Shown piece after piece: positions 42,041 to 50,653 of a stretch of DNA of 61,804 nt (its first letter is position 1; each line of letters opens with the position of its first letter). The translations under genes were made by a program, and so were the position numbers. The DNA lies in assembly GCA_040004125.1 (NCBI GenBank), contig JBDUBL010000004.1:1-61804 (forward strand). Direction: 5' to 3'. The notes under the pieces are model-generated. The model saw nothing but the letters and a program-made list of their open reading frames with translations. It made no database searches and was not told where the DNA came from. Source of the DNA: Actinomycetota bacterium (lineage in GTDB: Bacteria > Actinomycetota > UBA4738 > HRBIN12).

Positions 42041-44155
42041 TCAACCGCGAGGTTCGACGAGGGCGTCGACCGCAACGCACTCGAGGGGCGTGACGATCAC
42101 CGGGTTCACGTCGAGGGCCACAAGAAGATCGCCGAGGTCGTCCGCCAGCACAGACAGGCGCGAGACCGCTCGCGCGAGACCGCCCACGTCGGCGGGAGGC
42201 GCACCGCGCACGCCGGCGAGGATCGAGCTCATCGCAAGGCCGTCGATCAGCCGACGGGCCGCATCCTCGCCGATCGGTGCCAGCGCCAGGCGACGATCGC
42301 GCAGGACCTCGACGAGCACGCCGCCCGCGGCAACCAGCACCAGGGGGCCGAACGTCGGATCGACGATCACGCCAAGCGCGATCTCGACTCCTTCCGGCAC
42401 CATCGCCGCGACGGAAACCTCGGGGCCGAGACGACCGGCCACGTCGGCGTAGGCGTCCCGGACCGCGGCGCCGTTCGACAACCTGACGCGCACGCCGCCG
42501 ACGTCGGACTTGTGGGTGATGCCGGGCGTGGCCGTCTTGAGCACCACCGGGTACCCGACCGCCTCTGCGGCCGCGAACACCGCCTCGATCGTCGTGGCCG
42601 ATCGAGCCGCCACGACGGGCACGCCGTAATCGGCAAGGAGCGCAAGCCCGTCCAGCTCGGACAAGACCTCACCGGTCGCGAGACGCTCCCGCCATCGCGC
42701 ACGAACCGCTTCGTCCACCCGCGCGAGGGACGGGGCATTGGGACGGGTGCGCCATGTGGCGTCCGCCAACAGATGCGCCAGGGCGCGAAGCCCGGTGTCC
42801 GTCCCCTCGAGCACGGGGATACCCCGGTCACGCAGCATGCGCGCCTCATCCTGTGACACGGCGCTCGCCAGGTTCGACAACACGCAGAACGGCTTGTCGG
42901 TGCCCTCGAAGCTGTCGATCGCGATCTGGAGGTATCCCTCGTTGTACGGCTCGCCCTGGTGGGTCATGTCGATGCAGAAGACGCTGGCGCTGACCTCGGC
43001 GTCGTCCGCGAATGCCGCGAATGCCTCGAGGAAGATCGCGTCCCCGTCGATCCCCGTGCCCCACGCGTCGAGGGGGTTTTCGGCATCCATGCCGGGGTCG
43101 AGCACGCCTTGGATCCGCGCGATCGTGGCATGGCCGATCTTCGCGAACGGCACGTCGAGATCGGCAGCCAGGTCGACCACCATCGCGCGTTCGCCACCGC
43201 TGTCGTGGACGCTCGCGATCCCGCTTCCGCCGCGGGCACGGCGTGGCGAGGAGAACAGCTCCATCGTGTCGGCCATCTCATCGAGCGTGCGCACCTCGTG
43301 CACGCCGTAGGCGTCGAACAGCGCCTCGTACGCCCCGTGCTCCCCCGCGAGCGCGCCCGAGTGCGCGGTGACCATCGCACGCGAGCCCTCGGTACGCCCG
43401 ACCTTCATCGCCAAGACGGCCACCCCGCGCTCGGTCGCGCGCGCGAGCTGCGCCCGGAACCGCTCCGGGTCGCGCACGGTCTCGAGGAGCAGCGCCACCA
43501 CCCGGGTGCTCTCGAGTCCCAGCGCGTATTCCAGGTAATCGGCATGCGTGGTCACGACCTCCTGGCCGCTGGAGACCAGCAGGTTGAAACCGATCCCCCG
43601 GTCGGAAAAGGCGATCGCCGAGAACGCCGACCCGCTGTGCGACAGGAACGTCACCGGACCGTGGCGCAGGTGCTCCGGCGTGAGGAAGCCCGTCGCCCGA
43701 ACACGGGATTCCTGGTTCATGAAACCCATGCCGTTTCCGCCGCACAGCGCCATGTCGTTCGCCACGGCGATCGCGCACAGCCGTTCACGCAGACTCGGTC
43801 CGTCGGCCGGCTCCTCATACAACGACGAGAACGTGACCGCGCTACCGGCGCCGGCCGCAGCCGCATCGGTCAGCGCCTGCTCGACCCGCGCGTTGGCCAC
43901 GCCGAGGATCGCGAGGTCGACGGGCTCGGGGACATCGAGGATCGAGGGGTAACAGCGAAGACCGGCGACCTGATCGTAGCCCGGGTTCACTGGGTAGATC
44001 GTGCCGTCGAACCCCCCACGTCGGAGCTCGGCCAACATGGACTCGCCGAGCGACCCCGGCTTGATCGAGGCGCCGACGACGGCGATCGAACGCGCCTCCA
44101 ACATGCGCTGGATCGGCGTACGGCGGTCGCCGGTGTGCGAGGGCTCCTGTGCCAC
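42041..44155 (-). CDS. Acetate-CoA ligase (ADP-forming) family acyl-CoA synthetase
   Basis: IAVVGAS, YPVNP, SHSGS, KVGRTEG, HSGALAG, NPLD, HKSDVGGV, ALDVNP. Confidence 0.88.
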   Translation of the reverse strand: MAQEPSHTGDRRTPIQRMLEARSIAVVGASIKPGSLGESMLAELRRGGFDGTIYPVNPGYDQVAGLRCYPSILDVPEPVDLAILGVANARVEQALTDAAAAGAGSAVTFSSLYEEPADGPSLRERLCAIAVANDMALCGGNGMGFMNQESRVRATGFLTPEHLRHGPVTFLSHSGSAFSAIAFSDRGIGFNLLVSSGQEVVTTHADYLEYALGLESTRVVALLLETVRDPERFRAQLARATERGVAVLAMKVGRTEGSRAMVTAHSGALAGEHGAYEALFDAYGVHEVRTLDEMADTMELFSSPRRARGGSGIASVHDSGGERAMVVDLAADLDVPFAKIGHATIARIQGVLDPGMDAENPLDAWGTGIDGDAIFLEAFAAFADDAEVSASVFCIDMTHQGEPYNEGYLQIAIDSFEGTDKPFCVLSNLASAVSQDEARMLRDRGIPVLEGTDTGLRALAHLLADATWRTRPNAPSLARVDEAVRARWRERLATGEVLSELDGLALLADYGVPVVAARSATTIEAVFAAAEAVGYPVVLKTATPGITHKSDVGGVRVRLSNGAAVRDAYADVAGRLGPEVSVAAMVPEGVEIALGVIVDPTFGPLVLVAAGGVLVEVLRDRRLALAPIGEDAARRLIDGLAMSSILAGVRGAPPADVGGLARAVSRLSVLADDLGDLLVALDVNPVIVTPLECVAVDALVEPRG

Positions 44156-44158
44156 GCG

Positions 44159-45778
44159 CTACTTCTTCCCCAGCGCCTTGTCCTTCTTGGCCATGCGGAA
44201 GGCCTGCCAGCCGGGGATGCCGTTCACGCCGCCGCCGGCATGCGTCGCGCACGACCCGTGGTACAGGCCGCGCAACGGCGTTCGGTAATCCGCGTAGCCC
44301 GGCGCCGGGCGCATGTGAAAGAGCTGATCGACCGACAGCTCCCCGTGAAAGATGTTCCCGCCGATCAGGCCGAGGTCCTGTTCCATGTCGTAGGGCCCGA
44401 TCACCTGATAGTCGATGATCGAGTCGCGGAAGTTCGGCGCGAGCTCGTTGTAGCCGTCGAAGATCCGCTGTGCGTAGGCGTCGAGCTCGTCGCGGTGCGG
44501 CTCGGTGTTCCAGTCGTCGGGCACCCACTGCGTGAACATCGAGAACACGTGCGTGCCCTCGGGCGCGAGCTTCTTGTCCAACGTCGTCGGGATCGTGCCG
44601 TCGACGAACGGGGCGGTCGCGGCCCTGCGCTCCATGTGGGCGTCCTGGAAGGCACGTTCCGCGTACTCCGGGCTGAGACACAGCTCGACCGACCCGGTGT
44701 GGTGGGGCTGCTGGTCGGATCCCGGCATCGATGTGAAGTTCGGCAGCTCGCTGATCGCGACGTTTACCTTGACGACGCCGCTGCGGGTCTTCCACCGTTC
44801 GATATCCCACACGAAGTCGGCGGGCAGCTCGTACCGATCGATCAGATCGAGAAACGCGATTTTCGGATGGATCGTCGTGACGACGACCGGCGCGCGGAGT
44901 TCGCTCCCGTCTTCGAGCACGACCCCGACCGCGCGGCCGCCGCGCACCAGGATCTTCTGCACGCGGGCGTTGGTCCGGACCTCGCAGCCGAAGGCCTCCG
45001 CGGCCTTGCGGATCGAGTCCGACACCGCGCCCATCCCGCCCTGCTGGAAGCCCCAGGAGCCGAGGTGCCCGTCGCCGACGTCGCCGATCGAGTGGTGCAG
45101 CATCACGTAGGCCGTGCCGGGTTCGTCCGGACCTGCCCAGGTGCCGATCACACCGTTGACCGTGAGCATCGCCTTGATCGCGTCGGACTCGAACCAGTCG
45201 TTCAGCAGGTCGCTCACCGACATCGTGAACAGTCGCGTCACGTCGCCCACACCGCGCTCGCCCAGCTTGCGCATCTTCCATGCGGACTGCAGCGTCGCCA
45301 ATAGATCGCCCGGCTTCATCGAGCCGACACGAGGCGGGACCTGCAGCAGCAGCGGACCGAGCACGTCGGAGACGCCCTTGAGCCACTCCTCCCATTTCGG
45401 CAGGGTGTCGGCGTCCCTCTTCGAGAACTGGGCGATCGAGTCGTAGGACTTCTGGTGATCGTCGGCGTACACCGTGATCGCGCGCCCGTCGGGGAAGGCC
45501 TGGAAGTACGGGCCGAACGGCGTGACGTCGTAGCCGAACTGCTTGAGCTTGAGGTCCTTGATGATCGTCGGCGGCATCAACGACATCACGTAGGAATAGG
45601 TCGTGACGTTGATGTCGGGGTGGTCGGCGAACGGGGCGCTCGTGTCGGCCGCGCCGCCGGTCTTGTGGCGGCCCTCCAGCACGACGGTGCGCGCCCCCTC
45701 GCGGGCGAAGTAGGCGCCACTGGTGAGGCCGTTGTGGCCGCCGCCGATGATGATCGCGTCGTAGACGTTCGAAGCCAT
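44159..45778 (-). CDS. Phytoene-dehydrogenase-like (COG1233, PYROXD2-like) FAD oxidoreductase
   Basis: YDAIIIGGGHNGL, YSYVMSL, GGMGAVS, GGNIFHGELSVDQLFHMRP, GGGVNG. Confidence 0.85.
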   Translation of the reverse strand: MASNVYDAIIIGGGHNGLTSGAYFAREGARTVVLEGRHKTGGAADTSAPFADHPDINVTTYSYVMSLMPPTIIKDLKLKQFGYDVTPFGPYFQAFPDGRAITVYADDHQKSYDSIAQFSKRDADTLPKWEEWLKGVSDVLGPLLLQVPPRVGSMKPGDLLATLQSAWKMRKLGERGVGDVTRLFTMSVSDLLNDWFESDAIKAMLTVNGVIGTWAGPDEPGTAYVMLHHSIGDVGDGHLGSWGFQQGGMGAVSDSIRKAAEAFGCEVRTNARVQKILVRGGRAVGVVLEDGSELRAPVVVTTIHPKIAFLDLIDRYELPADFVWDIERWKTRSGVVKVNVAISELPNFTSMPGSDQQPHHTGSVELCLSPEYAERAFQDAHMERRAATAPFVDGTIPTTLDKKLAPEGTHVFSMFTQWVPDDWNTEPHRDELDAYAQRIFDGYNELAPNFRDSIIDYQVIGPYDMEQDLGLIGGNIFHGELSVDQLFHMRPAPGYADYRTPLRGLYHGSCATHAGGGVNGIPGWQAFRMAKKDKALGKK

Positions 45779-45825
45779 GGCGCTGGATCCTTCCCCTGAG
45801 TTGAGGCCCGTATCATGGACCCTGA

Positions 45826-45913
45826 CTGAACGACCAGTCAACTCACCCTCGGTGCCTACTCAGGGGTTGACGCCGCAGGTCAAACGGGTACAGTGCGTTG
45901 AACGGTGGGTCAA
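45826..45913. promoter_or_regulatory. Divergent promoter with two TGAACG-N4-GTCAA operator boxes
   Basis: CTGAACGACCAGTCAA 45826-45841 and TTGAACGGTGGGTCAA 45898-45913; TetR promoter TTGACG 45867 - N16 - TACAGT 45889. Confidence 0.6.
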
Positions 45914-45961
45914 TCCTGCCGTGGGAGCATCGTCCGGTTTGCCCCCTATTCAGGAGTGCGG

Positions 45962-46576
45962 ATGAGCACGAAGACCCGTCAGAAGCCCCAGCGCGACCGC
46001 CACCAGGAGATCTTGGAGGCGGCATCGCGAGTGATCACCGACCGCGGCCTGGCCGAAACGCGGATCCAGGACATCGCGGAAGTGTGCGGCGTGTCGCCGG
46101 GTCTGATCCTCTACTACTTCGAGTCCAAGGACCGGCTGCTCGCCGAGGCCTTGACCTACGCGAACGACCAGTTCTACCTGCGGACGGCGCGCGAGCTGCG
46201 GAAGATGCCGTCGGCGAAGGATCGCCTGGCACGCGTGATCGAGCTCTCGGTGCCCGGGCTGCTGCCCGAGTACGACCTACTCGACGAGTGGGCGCTGTGG
46301 CTCGAGATCTGGGTGCGCGCATTGCGCGACCCGGACATGGCTAAGGAGCGCGAGATGCTCGACCGTCGCTGGGTGCAATCGATCGCCGAGGTGATCCGTT
46401 ACGGGCGCCAGACGAGCGAGTTCCCGGCCGATGGCACCGACGCCGACGATCTAGCGATGCAATTCGGCGCGATGATGGACGGGCTCGCGATCCAGGTCAT
46501 GCTGAACGATACCGTCATGACCCCCAAGCGGATGTTCGACATCTGTACCGACGTGGCCACTCGACTGATCGGGTGA
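45962..46576 (+). CDS. TetR/AcrR family regulator (BetI-like C-terminus)
   Basis: ILEAASRVI...IQDIAEVCGVSPGLILYYFESKDRLL HTH; LWLEIW, MDGLAIQ. Confidence 0.9.
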   Translation: MSTKTRQKPQRDRHQEILEAASRVITDRGLAETRIQDIAEVCGVSPGLILYYFESKDRLLAEALTYANDQFYLRTARELRKMPSAKDRLARVIELSVPGLLPEYDLLDEWALWLEIWVRALRDPDMAKEREMLDRRWVQSIAEVIRYGRQTSEFPADGTDADDLAMQFGAMMDGLAIQVMLNDTVMTPKRMFDICTDVATRLIG

Positions 46577-46586
46577 GGGCGGCCGG

Positions 46587-47159
46587 CTACCGGCGCACGA
46601 GAACGTGCAGGATCGTGAGCGACAGGCTCGTCGCCAGCTCCACGAGCCGCTCATCGGCAACGCCGCCGAGCACCGATGTCATCTCGTCGACGACGAGACC
46701 GGCGTTGCGGTATTGCGTGAGTGCGCGCGCGGCCGTCTCCCCACTGGTGATCATGTCGTCGACGACGTGCACCACGCTGCCTGGTTCGAGCCGTTCGCCT
46801 ATCAACGCCTCGCCGTCGGGCGTCGCGTTGTCGCCGTAGCTGACGAGATGCCCCTTGGGCTCATCGCGCACATACACCGCGGGCAACCCGAGGGTCCACG
46901 CGAGCGCGGTCGCCAGCGGCATCGAGCCGACGTCCGCGGAACCGATCGCCTCCGTGATCGACGGCACGGTCCCGGCCATCGCCCTGATCACGACGCGGAA
47001 GTCCGCCGGGTGCCCGTACAGTCGCTTCACGTTGACCGAGCCGGTGGCCGGAGCGCCGGCGAGGCCGGGGACCTCGCTCGCCGTCCAGTAGCGGCGCAAC
47101 AAGGTGTCGATGTCGGTGCGGCCGTGCATCTGGATCACGGACTCGACCACGTCGCTCAT
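46587..47159 (-). CDS. Type I phosphoribosyltransferase, divergent orotate-PRTase-like
   Basis: VRDEPKGH loop and VHVVDDMITSGET PRPP-binding motif. Confidence 0.75.
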   Translation of the reverse strand: MSDVVESVIQMHGRTDIDTLLRRYWTASEVPGLAGAPATGSVNVKRLYGHPADFRVVIRAMAGTVPSITEAIGSADVGSMPLATALAWTLGLPAVYVRDEPKGHLVSYGDNATPDGEALIGERLEPGSVVHVVDDMITSGETAARALTQYRNAGLVVDEMTSVLGGVADERLVELATSLSLTILHVLVRR

Positions 47160-47236
47160 CCCGCGGCCAAGCCCGGCTCGACATCGTCATAGTCCGGTCG
47201 TTTTCGCACATGACCATGTTCCCAGGTCGGGGTCAC
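47156..47236 (-). other. 26-aa mini-ORF or gene remnant coupled at both ends
   Basis: GTG 47236 overlaps the GcvT-family stop (GTGA); TGA 47156 overlaps the PRTase ATG (ATGA). Confidence 0.4.
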
Positions 47237-49731
47237 ACGCGCCACGTGCGAGGCTCGTCGCGGAGCCGGGAGCCGGTCGGGTCGTAGAAGGGCTCGCGAC
47301 TGAGCTTTGCGCGCACCTTCGTGCCGCGGACCTCGACCGACACGGGCAGATCGGAGGCCAAGTCGCCGTGCACCCACGCGAGCCCGACCGCCGCGCCGAG
47401 ATGGTGGCCGTAGCCACCGCTCGTGACGTAACCGATCCGTTCCTTGCCGATCACGACAGGCTCGCCGTCCCACAGCATTGCCGCCGGGTCATCGAGCTTC
47501 ACGCTGACGAGCTCGCGCTCCCTCATCGCGCCCTGCAGCTCGACCAGTGCCGCCTTGCCGACGAAGTCCTCCTTGCCGAGGCGAACCGCGAACCCGAGTC
47601 CGACCGCATAGGGATCGTCGAGTACGCCGATGTCGTGTCCCCACGAACGGAAGCCTCGCTCCAAACGCAAGCCGTCGAACGCGAACGCGCCGGCATGTCG
47701 CAGGCCGTGCCCCAAGCCGGCCGCAACGACCTTGTCATACACGTCGGCGGCGAACTCGGTCGCCACGAGGAGTTCCCACCCGAGCTCGCCGGTGAACGAG
47801 ACACGCATGGCGATCGCCTTCGCCCAGCCGAGGTCGATCTCGCGGCAGGACAGGAAGGGAAACGCCTCGTTCGATAGATCCTGGTCGGTCAGCTCTGCGA
47901 GCAGCGCGCGGCTGCTCGGCCCGGCTAGATGCAGCGTCGCGTAGCCGCCGGTCACGTCCGTGACGGTGGCACCGGGCGGCAGTCCGTTGCGCAGCAGCAT
48001 CTGGGTCCGCCGTTGGTACAGCGTTGGGGCGAGCACGAGGAACCGATCCTCGCCGAGACGCGTCACCGTGGGATCCATCTCGATGCCGCCCCGATCGTTG
48101 CACACCAACGTGTAGACCACGCGCCCGATCGCGACGTCGATGTTGGACGTGCACATGCGCTGGAGCCCGGCGAGCGCTTCGGGCCCCTGCACGATGAACT
48201 TCGCGTAGGAGGAGAGGTCATACAGCGCGACGCCTGCACGCGTGGCCCGCATCTCCTCGCCGACCGGCGCGAACCACGACGGGCGATCGAAGTCGTAGAC
48301 CCACGGCGGCTCGCTACGGGTGCCGGGCTCGAACCACGCGGCGCGATCCCAGCCGGCGGCTTCACCGACGGCTGCTCCGGCCGCCCGAAGCTGCGGCAGC
48401 AGCGGCGAGCGGCGCACCCCCCGCCCCTCGTCGGGCTGGAGCGCCGGCCAGTGCATCGCGTAGAGTCGCCCGAGCGTTTCCCGGGTCTTGTCGTGCAGCC
48501 AGGCGCGGTTGTTCGCCCAACCGCCCATCCGGGCGATGTCGACCTCGGTCAGGTCCATCGTCGGGTGGCCCTCAACGATCCATTCCGCCAGGGCCTTGCC
48601 CACACCGGGGCCGTAGATGATGCCCTGAGAGTTCAGCCCGGCCGCCACGAACAGGTTCTTCACCTCTGGGAACTCGCCGATGTGGAAGTTCGCGTCGGGC
48701 GTGAAGCTCTCGGGCGCGCGCAGGTAGTGACGGAACCCGATGTCGCGCAGCACGGGCAGGCGCTCGCGCGCGGCCGACAGCACGGGCGCGAAGTGGTCCC
48801 AGTCCTCACCGAACTCCGCGAATCCGTCGATGGGAACGTCGGCCGGAGGTTTCGGCTTGCCCTTCGGCTCGAACGCGCCGAGCACCAGCGACCCGCCATG
48901 GTGCCGCACATAGAAGGAGCCGTCGAGGTCACGCAGGATCGGGAACCGCTCCTGGGCCCCCGCGGCCGGCTCCGTCATGACCCACACATGCTCGGCCGGG
49001 TAGAGCGCGACCGAGGTGCCGGCGAGCCTGGCCAGTTCGGAGGTCCACAGCCCCGCGGCCAGGACGACGGTGTCCGCCTCGATCGTGCCCTTGTCGGTCT
49101 CGACGCCGGTCACCGTGCCGCCCGCGTCTTTCCGGAACCCCGTCACCGTCACACCGAACGCGAACACGGCGCCCCGGTCGTGCGCTCCTTTGGCCAGCGC
49201 CAGCGTCGCGTCACCGGGGTTGACGGTCGCGTCGGTCGGCACGACGACCGCCCCCACGAGATCGTCCACCGTCGCGATCGGCCACCAGTCCGTGACCTGC
49301 GCCGGCTCCAGGACGCGGGCCTCCACGCCGAATTCGCGATGCATGTCGGCGCTGGCGAGCAACTCCTGCATGCGCCCCGGCGTGCGCGCGACAGTCAGCG
49401 ACCCCACGCGACGGAACCCGGTCTCGACGCCGGTCTCGGCCGGCAGCGACGCATAGAGGGAGGCATTGATGCGCGAGAGCTCGGTCAGTGCATGCGTCCC
49501 GCGGACTTGCGAGACGAGCCCGGCCGCGTGCCACGTCGTGCCGCCGGTCAGGCGCGTGCGTTCCACCACGAGCACGTCGGTGACGCCGAGCTTCGTGAGG
49601 TGATACGCGATCGAGGACCCGATGATCCCACCGCCGACGACCACGACGTGGGCGCGCGCGGGTGGCTCCGAGATCGGCTCCAGGATCGAGGAGTCGAGGT
49701 CGCGATTGGCCAGTCGCTCCGGGATCGTCAC
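47233..49731 (-). CDS. GcvT-family dimethylglycine/sarcosine dehydrogenase-like flavoprotein
   Basis: VVGGGIIG, GGTTWHAAGL (flavinylation His), APESFTPD, THF-binding and GcvT C-terminal domains; GTGA overlap with the arginase gene. Confidence 0.9.
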   Translation of the reverse strand: MTIPERLANRDLDSSILEPISEPPARAHVVVVGGGIIGSSIAYHLTKLGVTDVLVVERTRLTGGTTWHAAGLVSQVRGTHALTELSRINASLYASLPAETGVETGFRRVGSLTVARTPGRMQELLASADMHREFGVEARVLEPAQVTDWWPIATVDDLVGAVVVPTDATVNPGDATLALAKGAHDRGAVFAFGVTVTGFRKDAGGTVTGVETDKGTIEADTVVLAAGLWTSELARLAGTSVALYPAEHVWVMTEPAAGAQERFPILRDLDGSFYVRHHGGSLVLGAFEPKGKPKPPADVPIDGFAEFGEDWDHFAPVLSAARERLPVLRDIGFRHYLRAPESFTPDANFHIGEFPEVKNLFVAAGLNSQGIIYGPGVGKALAEWIVEGHPTMDLTEVDIARMGGWANNRAWLHDKTRETLGRLYAMHWPALQPDEGRGVRRSPLLPQLRAAGAAVGEAAGWDRAAWFEPGTRSEPPWVYDFDRPSWFAPVGEEMRATRAGVALYDLSSYAKFIVQGPEALAGLQRMCTSNIDVAIGRVVYTLVCNDRGGIEMDPTVTRLGEDRFLVLAPTLYQRRTQMLLRNGLPPGATVTDVTGGYATLHLAGPSSRALLAELTDQDLSNEAFPFLSCREIDLGWAKAIAMRVSFTGELGWELLVATEFAADVYDKVVAAGLGHGLRHAGAFAFDGLRLERGFRSWGHDIGVLDDPYAVGLGFAVRLGKEDFVGKAALVELQGAMRERELVSVKLDDPAAMLWDGEPVVIGKERIGYVTSGGYGHHLGAAVGLAWVHGDLASDLPVSVEVRGTKVRAKLSREPFYDPTGSRLRDEPRTWRV

Positions 49732-50621
49732 GGCAGCGCTCCCGCGTCGCCGATCGCGGTCCGGAGCACATCGGCGAGCGCCCGGCCGCATGCGCCGTCC
49801 GGGTCCTTGTCCGGGTTGTAGCAGCCGACGGAGAAGCCGACGAGCGCCGGCGCTCGAAGCAGGGGCGTGAGCAGATCGGTCAACTGGGTCAGATCGAGCC
49901 CGTTGGGATCGAGGTAGTCGGTGGCCGGAAACACCAGCTCGTCGAGAACGTCGACGTCGAGATGCACCCAGAGTCGGTCGGGATCCTGGCCGACACGGTC
50001 GGCAACCTGTTGACCGATCACGGCGGCGCCGTCGCGACGAACCTGGTCCGCATCGACGAACGTGAGTCCGGGGATCTCGTCGGGATGCGGGTGTCCGTGC
50101 GTGAGCGCCTCGTCGAGGTCGCGGGGCCCGAGCAGCGTCACGTCTTCGGGCCGCGACACTTCGCCGGCAGCATCGACCCACGTCGCGGGACCCCTCCCCA
50201 GGATCACCGAGATCGGCATGTCGGCCGCCTCGCCCGTCGGTGACGTCTCACCGTCGTACAGGTCGAGATGTCCGTCGAGGTACGCCAACCCGACCCGGCC
50301 GAAGGTGCGCTGGGCCCCGGCGAGTGCGCCGGGTAACAAGGCGCAGCAGCCACCCACGACGAACACCACAGCGCCTTGGGAGGTGAGGTCGGCAACGACG
50401 TCGGCCACCCGCCGGGTCGTATCCAGCACATCGTCGATGGCGATCACCCCCGATGCCGGATCACGGACGTCTCCGCGGATCCGCGCGTCGATGTCACCGC
50501 CGTCGGTTCGCCAGGGATCGTCCGCACGCGTGAAGGCGCGGAATGCCTGGGGCGCGTGCTCCGTGCCACCCGAGCGCCCGACCGAATCGATCGGGACGCC
50601 GAGCAGCGTGAACGTCGTCAT
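49728..50621 (-). CDS. Arginase/ureohydrolase family protein (atypical site)
   Basis: DGHLD and HLDVDVLD metal motifs; GGCC where GGDH is expected. Confidence 0.8.
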   Translation of the reverse strand: MTTFTLLGVPIDSVGRSGGTEHAPQAFRAFTRADDPWRTDGGDIDARIRGDVRDPASGVIAIDDVLDTTRRVADVVADLTSQGAVVFVVGGCCALLPGALAGAQRTFGRVGLAYLDGHLDLYDGETSPTGEAADMPISVILGRGPATWVDAAGEVSRPEDVTLLGPRDLDEALTHGHPHPDEIPGLTFVDADQVRRDGAAVIGQQVADRVGQDPDRLWVHLDVDVLDELVFPATDYLDPNGLDLTQLTDLLTPLLRAPALVGFSVGCYNPDKDPDGACGRALADVLRTAIGDAGALP

Positions 50622-50653
50622 GGCGCGCAAGGATAGGGCATCAGCCCGCGCGA

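Noticed and set aside
44159-45778. Carotenoid biosynthesis (crtI)
   Set aside because: No crtB, crtE or crtY in the window; the motif pattern and context fit the PYROXD2-like branch
46587-47159. Assigning the symbol pyrE
   Set aside because: The N-terminal orotate-binding motif is not recognisable and there is no pyrimidine context
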